A DNA stretch of 64,000 bases from Scyliorhinus canicula (taxonomy: Eukaryota), in contig NC_052160.1 in the NCBI RefSeq assembly GCF_902713615.1, forward strand, positions 41,915,440 to 41,979,439, read 5' to 3'. Each line of letters starts with the position of its first letter. Position 1 is the stretch's first letter. A program made the translations under genes and the position numbers. Shown here piece after piece: positions 1 through 13,487 of the stretch. The notes beneath the pieces are model-generated. The model did no database searches. It was not told where the DNA came from and saw only the letters and a list, made by a program, of their open reading frames with translations.

Positions 1-259
1 AGGCAACACACCTGCAAGACTCACAGTAGTGGTTAAAGAATCAACCAGGAATGTCTGTCAGGGTCACTAAGTCCAAGGGGTAAATAATACACCTCAGTTG
101 CCTGATCTTGATTATGCAACTTATGTAACTTTCCTCAATGTGGGTGTGGGTGGGGGTGGTGCAGGAATAGGAAATCAATCAAGATTCCTTGGTCTTCAGG
201 GTCATTCAGTGACCCTTGATGGAATAGGCGTAAATGTACACCTGTAAAGAGGGGATTAG

Positions 260-514
<255 letters not shown>

Positions 515-1529
515 TGAAGTAGGTTGAGTGTGGCAGGGAAGAATGTCTACCGAACAGCCTCAGACAGACTGATTTTCCAAATGTTCTTCGACACAGAGCC
601 TTGCCCGCCAGATTGCAGGTCAAGAAATCCCAGGGCTACCTGTCATGTTTTTACATTATTTTATTCTAATGGTTGGGAAATCTAGGGAAGCTTGTCCTTG
701 TGCTCAAGTTATCCACTCCCAGAGGGCTCATCTCTTGGAACACCTGTTTGAAAAGCCCGCATTGCATTAATGAAATCTGACAGAGAAAGTGGGTGACATT
801 TATATGGCCCATCAGCTACTCTGTTGCATAGTATTAAACCAATAACCAGAAATTATTTGCGTACAACTCCCCTCGTGGATAAATGTGTAACATTGTCCAC
901 AGCACACTATTCCCAATTGCTTATACCTATGTCCCACAAAATTTAAGTTACTGATTAAAAAATTACAGGTTAATGATGATACTTGGAACTATGTTCTGAT
1001 GTAATAAATTAATGTGTTGGGCATGCACAACAGATTAGCCAGCGCCTAAAGGGTAGAAGGGATAATATTCTGACGGAGAGTCACCACTCCACCTCAAATA
1101 TTGACATCTTTTCTTTCAGATGTTAACAGACCTGCTATGCTTTTCCTGTTTCCTTTCTTCACTTAAGTGGAGTGGAATTTTAATTGAATGACTACAGGTT
1201 TCACAACAGTATAACTCATAGAATTGCAATAATTGGTAAATGAAGCACACGTCCCATTAATGAATAAAAAATATATATGTATAAATACTGTGGCTACAAG
1301 AGCAGGTCAAAGGCTAGGAATCCTGCGGTGAGTAACTCACCTCCTGACCCACCGCCGCCCCCCCCCAAAAGCCTGTCCACCACCTACATCACATGGACTT
1401 CAGCTGTTCAAGAAGACAGCTCATCACCACCTTCTCGAGGGTAACTAGGGGTGAGTAACCAACGCTGGGGTGGTCAGCAAAGCCCACATCCTGTAAAAAA
1501 ATTAATAACAAATAAGTCAACCACTAGAA

Positions 1530-2385
1530 GTTATGCCACAGGTTAACACGGTCATAAATAAAAGCAAACCAAATACTATTCAGGTGGATTGAATTGAAAA
1601 GTAGGGAAATTATACTAAACCTTATCGAACTTTGATTAGATCACACTTCTCTGTATATTGCCGTATTATAAAAAGGATAACGTGGCATTGGAGAGGGTGC
1701 AGAGGGGATTTACAAAGATGGTTTGGTATACATATTAGAAAAGGATTGATAGGCTTTACTCATTAAAAAAAAGTTGCACAGTGGTTAGCATTGCTACCTA
1801 CGGCGCTGAGGACCCGGGTTCGAATCCCGGCTCTGGGTCACTGTCCGTGAGGAGTTTGCACATTCTCTCCGTGTCTGCGTGGGTTTCACCCCCACAACCC
1901 AAAAAGATGTACAGGATAGGTGGATTGGCCACGCTAAATTGCCCCTTAATTGGAAAAAATAATTGGGTACTCTAAATTTATATTAAAAAAAGTGCTGAGG
2001 AACAAACTAATCAAGGTCCTTAAAATGATGAAAGGTTTTGATAGAGTGGATGTGGAGGGAATGTTTCCTCTTACAGGGAAGAACATAATTGGATGTAATC
2101 AATATAAGATAATCACCAAGAAATCCAATACAGAAGAAACTTCTTTACCCAGAGATTGGAGAGAGCATGGACTTAATATCACAGGGAGTGGTTAAAGAAA
2201 ATAGCCTGAATGCATTTAAGGGGAAACCAGGTTAGCATATTAGGTTGAAGGGAATAGTGATTACCACAGTAGATTTAGATGAGGAATGATGGGAGAAGGA
2301 TCGAGTTGAGCATAAACACCAGTGTGGACTGGTTGGGCCGAAGGACTGGTTTCTGTACCGTACATCCTACGTAATCCTATTAGAA
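1530..2385 (+). mobile_element. Degenerate CR1 LINE 3' end interrupted by a SINE
   Basis: LERVQR-like and KMMKGFDRVDVEGMFPL residues; GGGCCGAAGG..CTG tail. Confidence 0.7.
1776..1990 (+). mobile_element. HE1-like V-SINE, short subfamily
   Basis: tRNA-like A/B boxes (GTGGTTAG...GGTTCGAATCC), V-domain GAGTTTGCACATTCTC, AATTGGGTACTCTAAATTT tail. Confidence 0.9.
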
Positions 2386-3292
2386 TTCTTTGTCGTGAAC
2401 TATCAGCCCAGGTTTTTGAAAATAGATAGGCTGAGAAATATTAAGTATAATCTCATGATTCCACTCATAGTGCACTATAGGATTAATTTTGTGACATTTA
2501 ATGTCCCAAAGCTGCAGTCTGCCAGAGTTGATGCAGATCCTATCCTTGTAGCTGAGGTGGACATCGATTGGATTTTCTATTTAAACTCCACAAAATACAA
2601 AGAAAGATCTGAAGACAGCAGATTTTTCTTTTATTTGTTCATCAGAAGTGGACATCACTGGCAAGGCATTTACCACCCACCCTAATGTTCTTTGGAAGGT
2701 GCTGGTGAGTCACCAGGACAGTTATGAGTATTACTGTGGCTACATCATATATTCACCAGTCCAAGTAAGAATGACAAATTTTCATCCCTGAAGGATCTTT
2801 CTGAACCAGATAGATTTTTGCAGGAATGTATTCCAGAATTATTTAATTAATGTCCTGCAGCTGTTGTGCAATTTGAACTCCTGTCTCAGGATTGTTAGTC
2901 CTGGCATCTCGATTTCTAGTCCAGTAACGGAATCACCATGCCACCATATGCTATGATATGGGTAAGGGAATGTAGTGATTACATTACTGGAGTAGTAATC
3001 TATTAATTTGGTGGTTAGTGTTGATGCAGCAGGAACAAGAGATTGAACCTGGGACAATGTTTGTCTGTATGACTCGGCTATTCTCTGGTCTATATCTTAT
3101 TCATTAGACGCTTGGTAGAATCAGGTGTTATGGTTTGTTGAGGTCTGATTACGTTCAGTGATTTTGTTTCTTGTTTCCAGAGTTTGAACCTGGGACCTAA
3201 TAGGCATAGCATGAAACATGCTGAAAGGTGTAGCTACATAATCTGAGAAATCTGTTATACTGAAATTCAAAAACTGCTTTGTGTTGTATTAG

Positions 3293-3609
<317 letters not shown>

Positions 3610-3925
3610 TAGCCATGACAGAGACTTATAACTCAAATAACATCCAGAATGTTGCAAAACTTGCCAAAGGACATTTGACGTCAGACGGAACGTGAGGGGA
3701 AGAGTTGGGATGGTAACCAAAGCCATGTTTAGGGGACAGTTTAAGGAGAATGCTGGAAGTGGGAGAGATGTGACGAGGCAGAAGGGAATTCTAAAAAGTG
3801 GCTGAAGTTATCAACTTGGAGTGGGGATGGATGCATAGTAAAGTAAGCTGGCATGCTGGGTCAGAGAGTTTGTGGAGCTTTGGATGACAAACAGAAATTA
3901 ATAAAAGTATGCATTTTAAAATATA

Positions 3926-4053
3926 GGGCTGGATTCTCCGCCGCGCCACACTTCTGCCTCGACCCGCCGGCGGGATTCTCCATTACACCACGCCGTCGGG
4001 ATACCCTCGGCCGCCGACAAAACGGAGAATCCCGCTGGCGGAGAATCCAGCCC
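3926..4053. mobile_element. 128-bp MITE, PIF/Harbinger-like
   Basis: Perfect 17-bp TIRs GGGCTGGATTCTCCGCC / GGCGGAGAATCCAGCCC; internal inverted repeat; CpG-rich. Confidence 0.8.
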
Positions 4054-4264
4054 ATGGTCTGCCATCAATTTACAATACATCAATAAAGACCTATTCAGTT
4101 TCATTTGACACTGTCATTTACCTCAGGCTTAGTCTGGGTTGCCTCAATTCAGTATCTTGTGGGTATGGGACAACCCTAATAAGGCACTAATTATCAATGT
4201 TGTTCAGATGGCCGTAAGGATGGCTACTGTGGAGAATTAAGGAATGTCACATTGAGTATTGCTG

Positions 4265-5270
4265 GAAAAAGACCTGTAGAAGTTTTTCATCGCACTGATC
4301 ATGACATTCACAAGAATACCAAATATAAAGGGAACAACAACTTATACTTCTTGAGAAGAGCGTGTTGATTGGTTAGGAGCAAGTGGACTCTGATTGGTAG
4401 AGACGTTGCCATAGAGAATGCACCAGTTAACTGATGACTGACTGTTAACTACTAAGCTTTGTTTAAATTCAAACCTAGCATGTTGACTCTGATTTGTCTA
4501 GGCATTGCCCCAGAGAATGGCTGTTGCCTATTTTGTTCAGTTGAAACAGGCACAACGTGTGTACATGTTCTTTCTATCTGCAAATAGCAGGCCCTGTGTA
4601 TTTAATACATGTAGCTTCTAGCACACATAAGTGAGCCACACTGTCAGCCCAACTGATAATCTTAAATTGGTTGTCAACATAATTCTTAGCAGGGGCAGCA
4701 CGGTGGCGCAGTGGATAGCACTGCTGCCTCACGGCGTTGAGGTCCCAGGTTCGATCCCGGCTCTGGGTCACTGTCCGTGTGGAGTATGCACATTCTCTCC
4801 GTGTTTGTGTCGGTTTCGCCCCCACAACCCAAAGATGTGCAGGATAGGTGGATTGGCCACACTAAATTTTCCTTTAATTGGAAAAAATGAATTGGGTACT
4901 CTAATTTTTTTTTTAAAAGCATAATTCTTAGCACACTCAGGATTGTTTAGCAATTGTTGTCCAATCGCGAAATCAGATCTAATATTGGACACTAAAAACG
5001 GGTTGGTCGGGTATTGTCAGTACCTTGCCAGTTGTGAACAGCTGGCGGAAAATGCTGTTTGGGACATACAGCCTACATACCTAGCCTCACAATTGGTGCA
5101 GGGTAAAGGCAGCTTTGCTCTAGATATGGTTTTAACTTTACTGTCGGTGGGTGCTTGAAATGGAAATGTTCCATTTCCCTTCGTCATCACTCATGTCAAT
5201 GAACCCAAGTACACAGGCGTTTTTGTTTTACAAATCAAGACACATTTTGAATAGTTTTTAAAAATCTCTC
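4265..5270 (-). mobile_element. Penelope-like element 3' remnant (GIY-YIG endonuclease), split by a SINE
   Basis: SDFAIGQQLLNNPECAKNY / VDNQFKIIS..LCVLEATCIKYTGPAICR peptides join across the SINE. Confidence 0.7.
4692..4919 (+). mobile_element. HE1-like V-SINE with 14-bp TSD
   Basis: TSD CATAATTCTTAGCA at 4678-4691 and 4920-4933. Confidence 0.92.
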
Positions 5271-5283
5271 ACATCTGATGTAA

Positions 5284-5490
<207 letters not shown>

Positions 5491-7662
5491 ATCACTATTC
5501 TTCCCTGCTCATCAACAGTGCCAACATAAAGACTTTGCAGAGCCAGAGAAGTAGGAAGAAATGCTCCAGGCAATATGCTTGCAGTATCCTTCTGTGGACC
5601 TGAGGGAAGTGTTCTTCATGTAGGGTCGAACATGACTACATCCTCAGAGAACAGGAGAACGCTGGCTCACTTAACCCCTTTGACTTTGTGAAATTGATCA
5701 CAGATTGGGAGACAACTCTGCTAATATTCACACCCACAGTGGTGTTTTACCAGTCAGATGGACTGCCCTGCAGGGAGGTGAGGAGCTGAGACACAAGGGA
5801 GAAAGAAGTGACCCATCAACACCTTTCAACACTGCTGCACCTTTTAACAATGATACCACACTGCGGGAGGAAAACTTTCTGCCTCTCGGGTTAAGGAGGG
5901 CTAACTGCTGGAGATATAACTGTGCTGGAGATATTGTTGGGAGAAACTGGAAAGGTGAAGATGAAAGAATCCTCCAGTTTATAAATGGATTGAATTGAAT
6001 CAAATGTTTGTGCCATACAGACAGCCACTGACTGGTGCAGGAGTTAAAACTAGAGGCCAGCAGATAAAGATGGCAAATCAATAGGTTGTTTCATTATATG
6101 TGTTTATAGTTTCACTCTGAAGAACTGTTTCTTCAGTTACAAAAAGTTACTTGATAAGAATTTAATGCTTTGTTACAAACATATGAAGAAAGATAGCGCA
6201 GATCCTAACTTCAGTCTGCACAGCATTGGAACAGTTGATTCTGGAAATATTATCAGAGTGCATTGTTGATTTATGAATAATTTGTGATGAACATTTACAG
6301 GAAAGCATTGGCACAACATGACATTGTACCAGTGCTCAGAGAGCTTTTCTACAGAGACTATTTTCATATTGAGTAATTAATACAGCCTATTTTTTTTAAA
6401 GGATTTTAATTATATCTGAAACACCAAAGCAATTTTTGACATCAGTAAAAACCTTACCATCCCATGATGCCTATACTTTCAGGAAGAGGTGGGGGCAGTG
6501 AATTGCAACCAGGAGCACAAACCATTTTTGGACCTACTGCTAACCCCCGCCCACTGGTTGATATCAGCTAAATCAGCTCAAATCCCAATACCTGCCAGTC
6601 CTGCAAGGCTCAGTTACACACTCCCTTCACGAGTCACACACCAGGGACACCCAAGCATTATTTAATAACTCAGCAAACCCAGCCCAACCTTCTGCATGCT
6701 GAATGCGTTGTCCACCAGTGAGGCACAACGTGGATTTAAAATCAGCATACGGTGTCTAATGCTCCGATACTTAATAAAGTCGTCTCTGAAGAGAGGGGCA
6801 AAACCCCCTGCAGGACCACAGTAATCTGTGCTGCTGTTTGATGACACTTTGCACTGCTGGCTTGTGTGATGCTGGATGGTATGAGACACAGAAGGGGGCC
6901 ATTCAGCCCATCAGCTGAAAAAGATCTAGCTGGTCTAATCCTACCTTCCAGTTCTTGGGCTGTGGCCCTGTAGGTTATGACACCTCAAGTGGACATTCAA
7001 GTAATTTTAAAATTCAATTAAAATTTCTGCTTGTACCAGTCTTTCAGGCAGAGTTCCAGACCCCACAACCCTTTTGGGTGAAAATCTCAACTCCCCTCAA
7101 ATACTTCAACCAATTACTTCAAACCGGTCTCTCTGATTACATAAATATTTTCTGACACCATAGTTCCTGTTGAATTTGACTGGTTTAGTTAAAATGACTG
7201 GCTGGGTGGATTCGGAGCTTTCCGAGCTGGCTGTGTAAGAATCCCCAAGGTCAATGTGAAAACAGCTTTGTTTTGCCATATTTGTTTGAGCTCACGTGCA
7301 AATATTTAGAGTTTAAGGTCACAATAACCGTCAGTCAACCTAGCCTACCTCATGTAATCACTTATTCCACTGTTCAAATCTCCCAAATGAAAAAAATAAG
7401 CACAGCTTGGTCTGTCAATTAGGAGAAATGAAATGGTTTTAGATGTGGTGGCAAGATGTGGCTATTCCTTAACTGAAAGAGGTTCCGAAGGTGGTGCATT
7501 TTCAGTGGATGGTTGAATGGCAACAGCAGTAATGCCATTCGCCCATAAGATACCCTTCAGTGCTATGATATTGCCTATAGTATATGATAAATACTAAGGA
7601 TGTTACTTTGTTTACAAGCTTTGTAGCAGTAACATGGCTCTACATGAACCAGTGTTAACTGA

Positions 7663-7845
7663 AATGAAAAAATGAAAATCACTTTTGTCACAAGTAGGCT
7701 TCAAATGAAGTTACTCTAAAAAGCCCCTAGTCACCACATTCTTGCCCCTGTTCGTGCAGGTTGGTATGGGAATTGAACAGTGCTGCTGGCCTGCCTTGGT
7801 CTTCTTTAAAAACCAGCTCTTTAGCCCTGTGCTAAACCAGCCCCT
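7663..7845 (-). mobile_element. Short tRNA-derived SINE (second family)
   Basis: Head GGGGCTGGTTTAGCACAG, B-box GTTCAATTCC, tail GCCTACTTGTGACAA; homologous copy at 14105-14282. Confidence 0.75.
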
Positions 7846-8091
7846 GAAGTGAGTAAAATATGACTAAATTGAATCCAATTAATCCTTTGTAAAGACAATT
7901 GCCATGAAGTTTCAGAGCTCTATGAAAGGAGTTGCCAGTAGATCTAAAGCCCAAGACCGATTGAAGCAGAGCCAGATTTTCCTCATCCTCACACCACCAA
8001 CATAGCTTTGGCATGCAATCAGAAAAGTCACTGCTCCAATATGACTCTTCATCCTTAAATGGAAAGAATTGTGGGGAAAGCATCCGGAAGT

Positions 8092-8195
8092 TTTCACCTG
8101 ATGAAGGAGCAGCGCTCCAAAAGCTTGCGATTTCAAATAAACCTGTTGGACTTCTTACTGTGCCCACTCAATCCAGTGCCGACATCTCCACACCA
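8092..8195 (+). mobile_element. Penelope pseudo-LTR fragment with degenerate hammerhead motif
   Basis: CACCTGATGAAGGAGCAGCGCTCCAAAAGCTTGCG...AAACCTGTTGGAC; homologous to 25161-25282. Confidence 0.7.
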
Positions 8196-9582
8196 TTTTA
8201 CAACCTCTTCCCTTTTCCATTCAAGGTTCTTTTTTTAAATGACTAAATAATGCCAATGTGCTTCAGGCAATTCTAGTCACTGAATGAACTTATCCTTTGT
8301 AAGACTGGAAGATAAATTATGCCACATGATTATTTTGTAAATAGAGAGTTGTGAATCAGTTTTATTTAAGCTGGCCATAATGTTGGTGGTCTTAATTGAT
8401 TGTAAATAGAAAAGTTTACATAGTAAATCTTTTTGTATTGGAAGGTAGAGGGTAAAATAAAATTCCTAAACACCCAAGCATGCTAGACTCTGTTGTTCTT
8501 CCACTTGTACTGTCCACCTACTCCAGGTGACAAGTTGACAATGATCAGTATGGGATCCACAACTTCAATATGATCCACCCTTTTTAGAAATAGATCTGAT
8601 GTCCTGAGCAACCAAGATGCTGGAGCCACTCACTAGAAGCAAATTTTGTAGATATCCTTTTCAACAGGCACCAAAAATGTGAGTTTCTCTAGCCCTCCCC
8701 CCCAATTAGTTGTGGGGCTAATGCCAGAGAAGAACACTAAAGTTGCTCTGAAATGTAATGTAGTGCTATGCCTGTTTTTATACATTCTATTTCTAAATTA
8801 AAACACTGCAAAATTAAAGTTATTCAAGAACAGATTTTTATTTAATGTTACATTAAAAAATTTTAAGTACAAAATGTTCTCCCATTAAACAGAGAGACCA
8901 GTGTTAACAGCTGTACAGAAGGTTGTTCCTAAAGGTTTGTTCAGCTGTTCTCGGGATAGGTTTTCTGGAATAGAAATAGAGTCAAAGTAAAAGCAAAAAG
9001 ACATTCATATCTGGGAGGTGCCAATTTCAGTCCCTCATCCAAACAACTACATGCCAAGCTGGAATCAGTCACTGCATCTTCATACTGTTCAAGAGCACCA
9101 GCTATCTAGGAAATACCCTGATCTTCAACCATTGGAGTTCCACATCTCCGATAAGAACTGGGGATTTTTTTTGGTGGGGGGGGGGGGGGGGGTTGAGGAA
9201 TGAGACAACAGTTGCCCGAGAAACAGCAGAACGAAGATTGTAAAGTGCTTTTTGACATTTAGGATATAAAAGTGAAAACAGCTAGAACACCTGCAAAAGG
9301 GAGTGAAAAAGCAAGTTTGATGGTGCACAATGTACAGCTTAATTTACATGATCTCATCTGCCTCAAGTCATTACACATAATGGAGAGTCATCATGTTTCT
9401 ACACCCCACGTGCCTCGATTCAAAACACATGTTCACTGGATATTTCAAAAAGGTGTTTTAATACAAAAATCGAGCCTTACAAAAAAGAGGGGCTATTTAC
9501 ACAAACATTTTGCCCCCTAAAATAGGAAAAGAATTGGTCAAATTGGGGCAGACACAGGTCAGCCAATCAGAAGCTCCAGTCT

Positions 9583-9789
9583 TCATGCAGTGTGTTTGAC
9601 CTGTGTTGTCACAGCTTTTGTGGTGAGCAGCTTCTCCACCATGGTACGTGCATATCGCAAGCGGCTCACCAGCTCCTTGCAGCAGCCATATTCTTCAATC
9701 GTGCTTAGTTTGAATGTATGGAACTCCCGCTTCTCATCAATGTAGGTCACTGCATTCATCAGTGGGCACAGGATGATCTTAGTGTGATC
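9583..9789 (-). CDS. PLK1: Polo-like kinase 1, last coding exon (polo box 2)
   Basis: [23 protein letters not shown]...[13 protein letters not shown]...HTA*; includes the phosphopeptide-binding His/Lys pincer (DHTK). Confidence 0.96.
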   Translation of the reverse strand, partial: DHTKIILCPLMNAVTYIDEKREFHTFKLSTIEEYGCCKELVSRLRYARTMVEKLLTTKAVTTQVKHTA

Positions 9790-9875
9790 CTGGAAAAATG
9801 GGAACAAAATTAAAATTACTTGTATTTCTCCACCAAAACTGACTTCCAAATGATGATGCAAAGAAAGGGACTCAC

Positions 9876-10058
9876 CTGGAAGAAGTTGATTTGGACGGTC
9901 CCATTGCTGAGATGCAAGACAATCGCGCTGCGTGTCCTGAACCAGATCCGCAAGAATGGGAGCCTTGCCAACTCATCACCTTCCCGGGGAGTGATATTGG
10001 CCCCTGCTTTCAACAAGTGCTCACTCATGTAGTTGCGGAAGTATTTCAACAGGGTTGC
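9876..10058 (-). CDS. PLK1: PLK1 exon 10 (polo-box domain)
   Basis: ag|[61 protein letters not shown]|gtgagt; 183 bp. Confidence 0.97.
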
Positions 10059-10508
10059 CTGCAAGGAGAGGGATTCCATTAACAACTCTTCTACTGGCTA
10101 TTCTTTCTACATGTTGAATCCCTTTCATGCTTCCAGTTACTGATCGTGTTTTGTGGGTGGGTGGGTGTGGGGGGAGATTTTCACCCAATTAGGATGAACG
10201 GTCACCATTCCTTTTGAAGGCCAACACTTTAAGAAAGGGGAACAGTTCTGCAGCCACCCATCTTCCTCTAATATTTTAGACAAGAGTCCAGATGGCAACC
10301 ATTCAATTGTATTAGAAATAAGACAAGCCCAATTCCAACAGGCAGCTGTGGATCAATAACCTGTCTAATTTTGTTTATCGCTAAACCCCATGTCAGATCA
10401 CAGTAATCTCAAGCTAATAAACAGATTACCATTTCCCCACATCAAGTCAACATGTCTATTAGATCACCATTTCACATCTTCACACACTGCTTTAGGATTA
10501 ACAGAGGA

Positions 10509-10738
10509 AGGGCAGCACGGTGGCCTAGTGGTTAGCACAACCGCCTCACGGCGCTGAGGTCCCAGGTTCGATCCCGGCTCTGGGTCACTGTCCGTGTGGA
10601 GTTTGCACATTCTCCCCGTGTCTGCGTGGGTTTAGCCCCCACAACCCAAAAAAATGTGCAGGGTAGGTGGATTGGCCACACTAAATTGCCCCTTAATTGG
10701 AAAAAATAATTGGGTAATCTAAATTTATTTTTAAAAAA
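10509..10738 (+). mobile_element. HE1-like V-SINE with 15-bp TSD
   Basis: TSD AGGATTAACAGAGGA at 10494-10508 and 10739-10753. Confidence 0.92.
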
Positions 10739-11282
10739 AGGATTAACAGAGGATTTGCAGGCTGATTTAACAGGCCTATGAATACACATTTTGTAGCTAG
10801 AACCATTTTTATCAGCTGATGGTTTGGGTTTTAAAGCAGGCTCCCACAACCTAAATAAAGGGGTGGTACGTTTACGCAGATATAACCACAATGTCAAGCT
10901 ATAATTCAGGGCTGACGGTTTGGTCTCTATGCCTCTTACTGTCAAGAGACAGGAGTGAACCCACTACATTTGCGTGGGTTTCACCCCCACAACCCAAAGA
11001 TGTGCAGGTTAGGTGGATTAGCCACACTAAATTGCCCCTTCTAATTGGAAAAAAATAATAATTGGGTACTCTAATTTTTTTTTTAAAAAGGAGTGAAACC
11101 ACTACAATCAAGGTTTGTTCCGTCACATTAATAGTTACAAAAGGAGACAGGCTACATATGTACAGAAAACTAAGTATCAATTAGTGGTACAAATCTGGGG
11201 CCTTCTTGGAAGCCCAATTACCATGCTAAAAACATCTGTTGAATAGCTACTGAATTCTGACAATGTTGCTCTTGGTACTCAC

Positions 11283-11437
11283 CTTTTTACTTAGGCTGGG
11301 AGGGTAAGATCGAAAGTTCAGGTAAGTTTCAGTCATGTCACGGTCAATGTACTGAAGACTCTCCCCATCATTGTACATGATTAAACGAGTGGAATCATTG
11401 AAGAGAACACCAACACTGTTGTCGCATAATTGATAAC
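11283..11437 (-). CDS. PLK1: PLK1 exon 9 (polo box 1)
   Basis: [52 protein letters not shown]|gtgagt; 155 bp. Confidence 0.96.
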
Positions 11438-12028
11438 CTAGAGAGAGAGATTTGCAGTGTCACTGTAGACTGCAAAAGATAAAGAACAGAACCTGTACAC
11501 GTTACAATACACACACTTCTACCCAACATGCAAGGCTCAAACAAAGCTGAAATATGGAGAAATGGGAACACGTCCTGGGTCAGTGCGAGACATGTCGCCA
11601 CAGTAATTAGGTGTCAACTTGGTTCTGGATTAGCCTGGAGGATAGGATGGTAAAGCCCATTTGAGGCAGAATCCACCATTTCTCTCACTGGATGAATGTC
11701 TCCCCATAGCATTTCTTGAATAGGCTAAGGTACCCCAGCAACATCAAGGTTGCATTCGGACAAGTCAGTCCCCTCCCAATTTTCCATGTATCAATCAGGT
11801 TGGGCTGAGACAACCCGGCAAAAGTGAATCCAGACTCACTCCGCTGGTAACCAAGACCGACCCAAGAAAGTGGACGAGGGCCCAAGGTATGTATGTGAAT
11901 ACTAGTGTTTGATAATTTGATTATAATATCCAATAGGCTGGTTATACATCAGGCACAATCAGATAAATTACAACAATCCCAGTGTAGTCACAAGACACCT
12001 GAAAAGCACTATCCAGGCTGGTACTTAC

Positions 12029-12106
12029 CCAAACCATATTTATCGGAATAATCAACCCATTTGCTGACCCAGAAGATCGGTATACAGGCCGGGTCTTCAG
12101 CCTCCT
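12029..12106 (-). CDS. PLK1: PLK1 exon 8 (polo cap / polo box 1 start)
   Basis: [26 protein letters not shown]|gtaagt; 78 bp. Confidence 0.97.
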
Positions 12107-12299
12107 CTACCAGGAGAGAAATAACAATGAACACTGAATTCATATATATATTCTGAAACAAAAACATAAAATGATGGGGACGGGGATGAAAAAAAAAGGA
12201 AACCGCAACTAGCTGATAGGTAGTGGGAAAACACATTAACCCAAATTTATTAAGCAGTTTATTATACTTTTTCTGCAAGGGACCAATTCAGTGAATGTT

Positions 12300-12515
12300 G
12301 GCAGCACAGTGGATAGCACTGCTGCCTCACAGCACCAAGGTCCCAGGTTCCATCCCGGCTCTGGGACATTGTCCATGTGGAGTTTGCACATTCTCCCCGT
12401 CTTTGCGTGCATTTCACCCCCACAACCCAAAGATGTGCAGGGTAGGTGGATTGGCCACGCTAAATTGCCAATTGGAAAAAAATGAATTGGGTACTCTAAA
12501 TTATTTTTTTTTAAT
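12300..12515 (+). mobile_element. HE1-like V-SINE
   Basis: Same consensus; TSD CAGTGAATGTT on both sides. Confidence 0.9.
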
Positions 12516-12798
12516 CCAGTGAATGTTTTACAGCACAATTACTCACCTACAAAGAGAAAGTCAATAAGGGAAATGTGAGATTGGTTGAGTAACTGAAGTA
12601 ATTTGCCAAGCTAGCTGGCAGGAATTTCATCACAACTGTATAAAGGGTTGGTCCTACTCCATTCCACTGCCATTAAAATGGGAAGTCAATTCCTGGGGCA
12701 CTAGTCTTCCCCCAGCAGCCCAGGTCAGCCTAAATGCCTTTAGACAATAAAACACTCCAGGAGCTGGAGTTACAACTTTAAGAGGGCTGTTTCTGTAC

Positions 12799-12899
12799 CT
12801 TGTCTGATGACTGCTTTGTCAGCTGGTCTTGCTGCTATTACACTGTTTAACTGCTGCAATAGGTCTGTGAGGTAGAAATCATTGCACTCCCCTACTTCC
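12799..12899 (-). CDS. PLK1: PLK1 exon 7 (linker / polo cap)
   Basis: ttctacag|G GAA GTA...CAA G|gtacag; REVGECNDFYLTDLLQQLNSVIAARPADKAVIRQ; phase 2 to 1. Confidence 0.92.
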
Positions 12900-13487
12900 C
12901 TGTAGAAAATAAAAATCAGTTTAGTCACAAAGCCTCATGTGCTCATGAACCTGTGCAAATGAAGAAGCATCACATGTCTTCCCTTCCAATATTTGAATCG
13001 TCTACCCATGGTATGAGTGGTTTCGGACTAAGTCCATAAGGACCGATGGTTGGGGTGGGAGCAAATTAACTGGCATTTCCAACACAACAGCAGGTCTAAA
13101 GGACAGTTTAAAGAACTGAAAACAGCTTGATGCAGATTAGTATCATTATGCAGCACTGACCCACACAGCCTCCCAAATTCAATCCTGGGATTACAGGACA
13201 AAGGAAAAAGGAAGCTGGACAGATAGTCCAATTTGACTGGAAGCCCATATGGTTTGAGCTCCACTACTGCCCAAAGACAAAATCCAATATATGCAGTCAA
13301 CAGATATAGACAGGCACTCGGGAGGGTTCCCACACATGGACCATATCAAAAAATAAAAGCGTATGGAAGGAATAGCTGAAGCTCCTTCCCCATACAAGCG
13401 AAAAACCTTTGATCTGCATGAAAAAAACAACTACAGATGATGATAAAACACAATTTCCAATGCTGTCTGCAGGAAGGGAATATTTAC

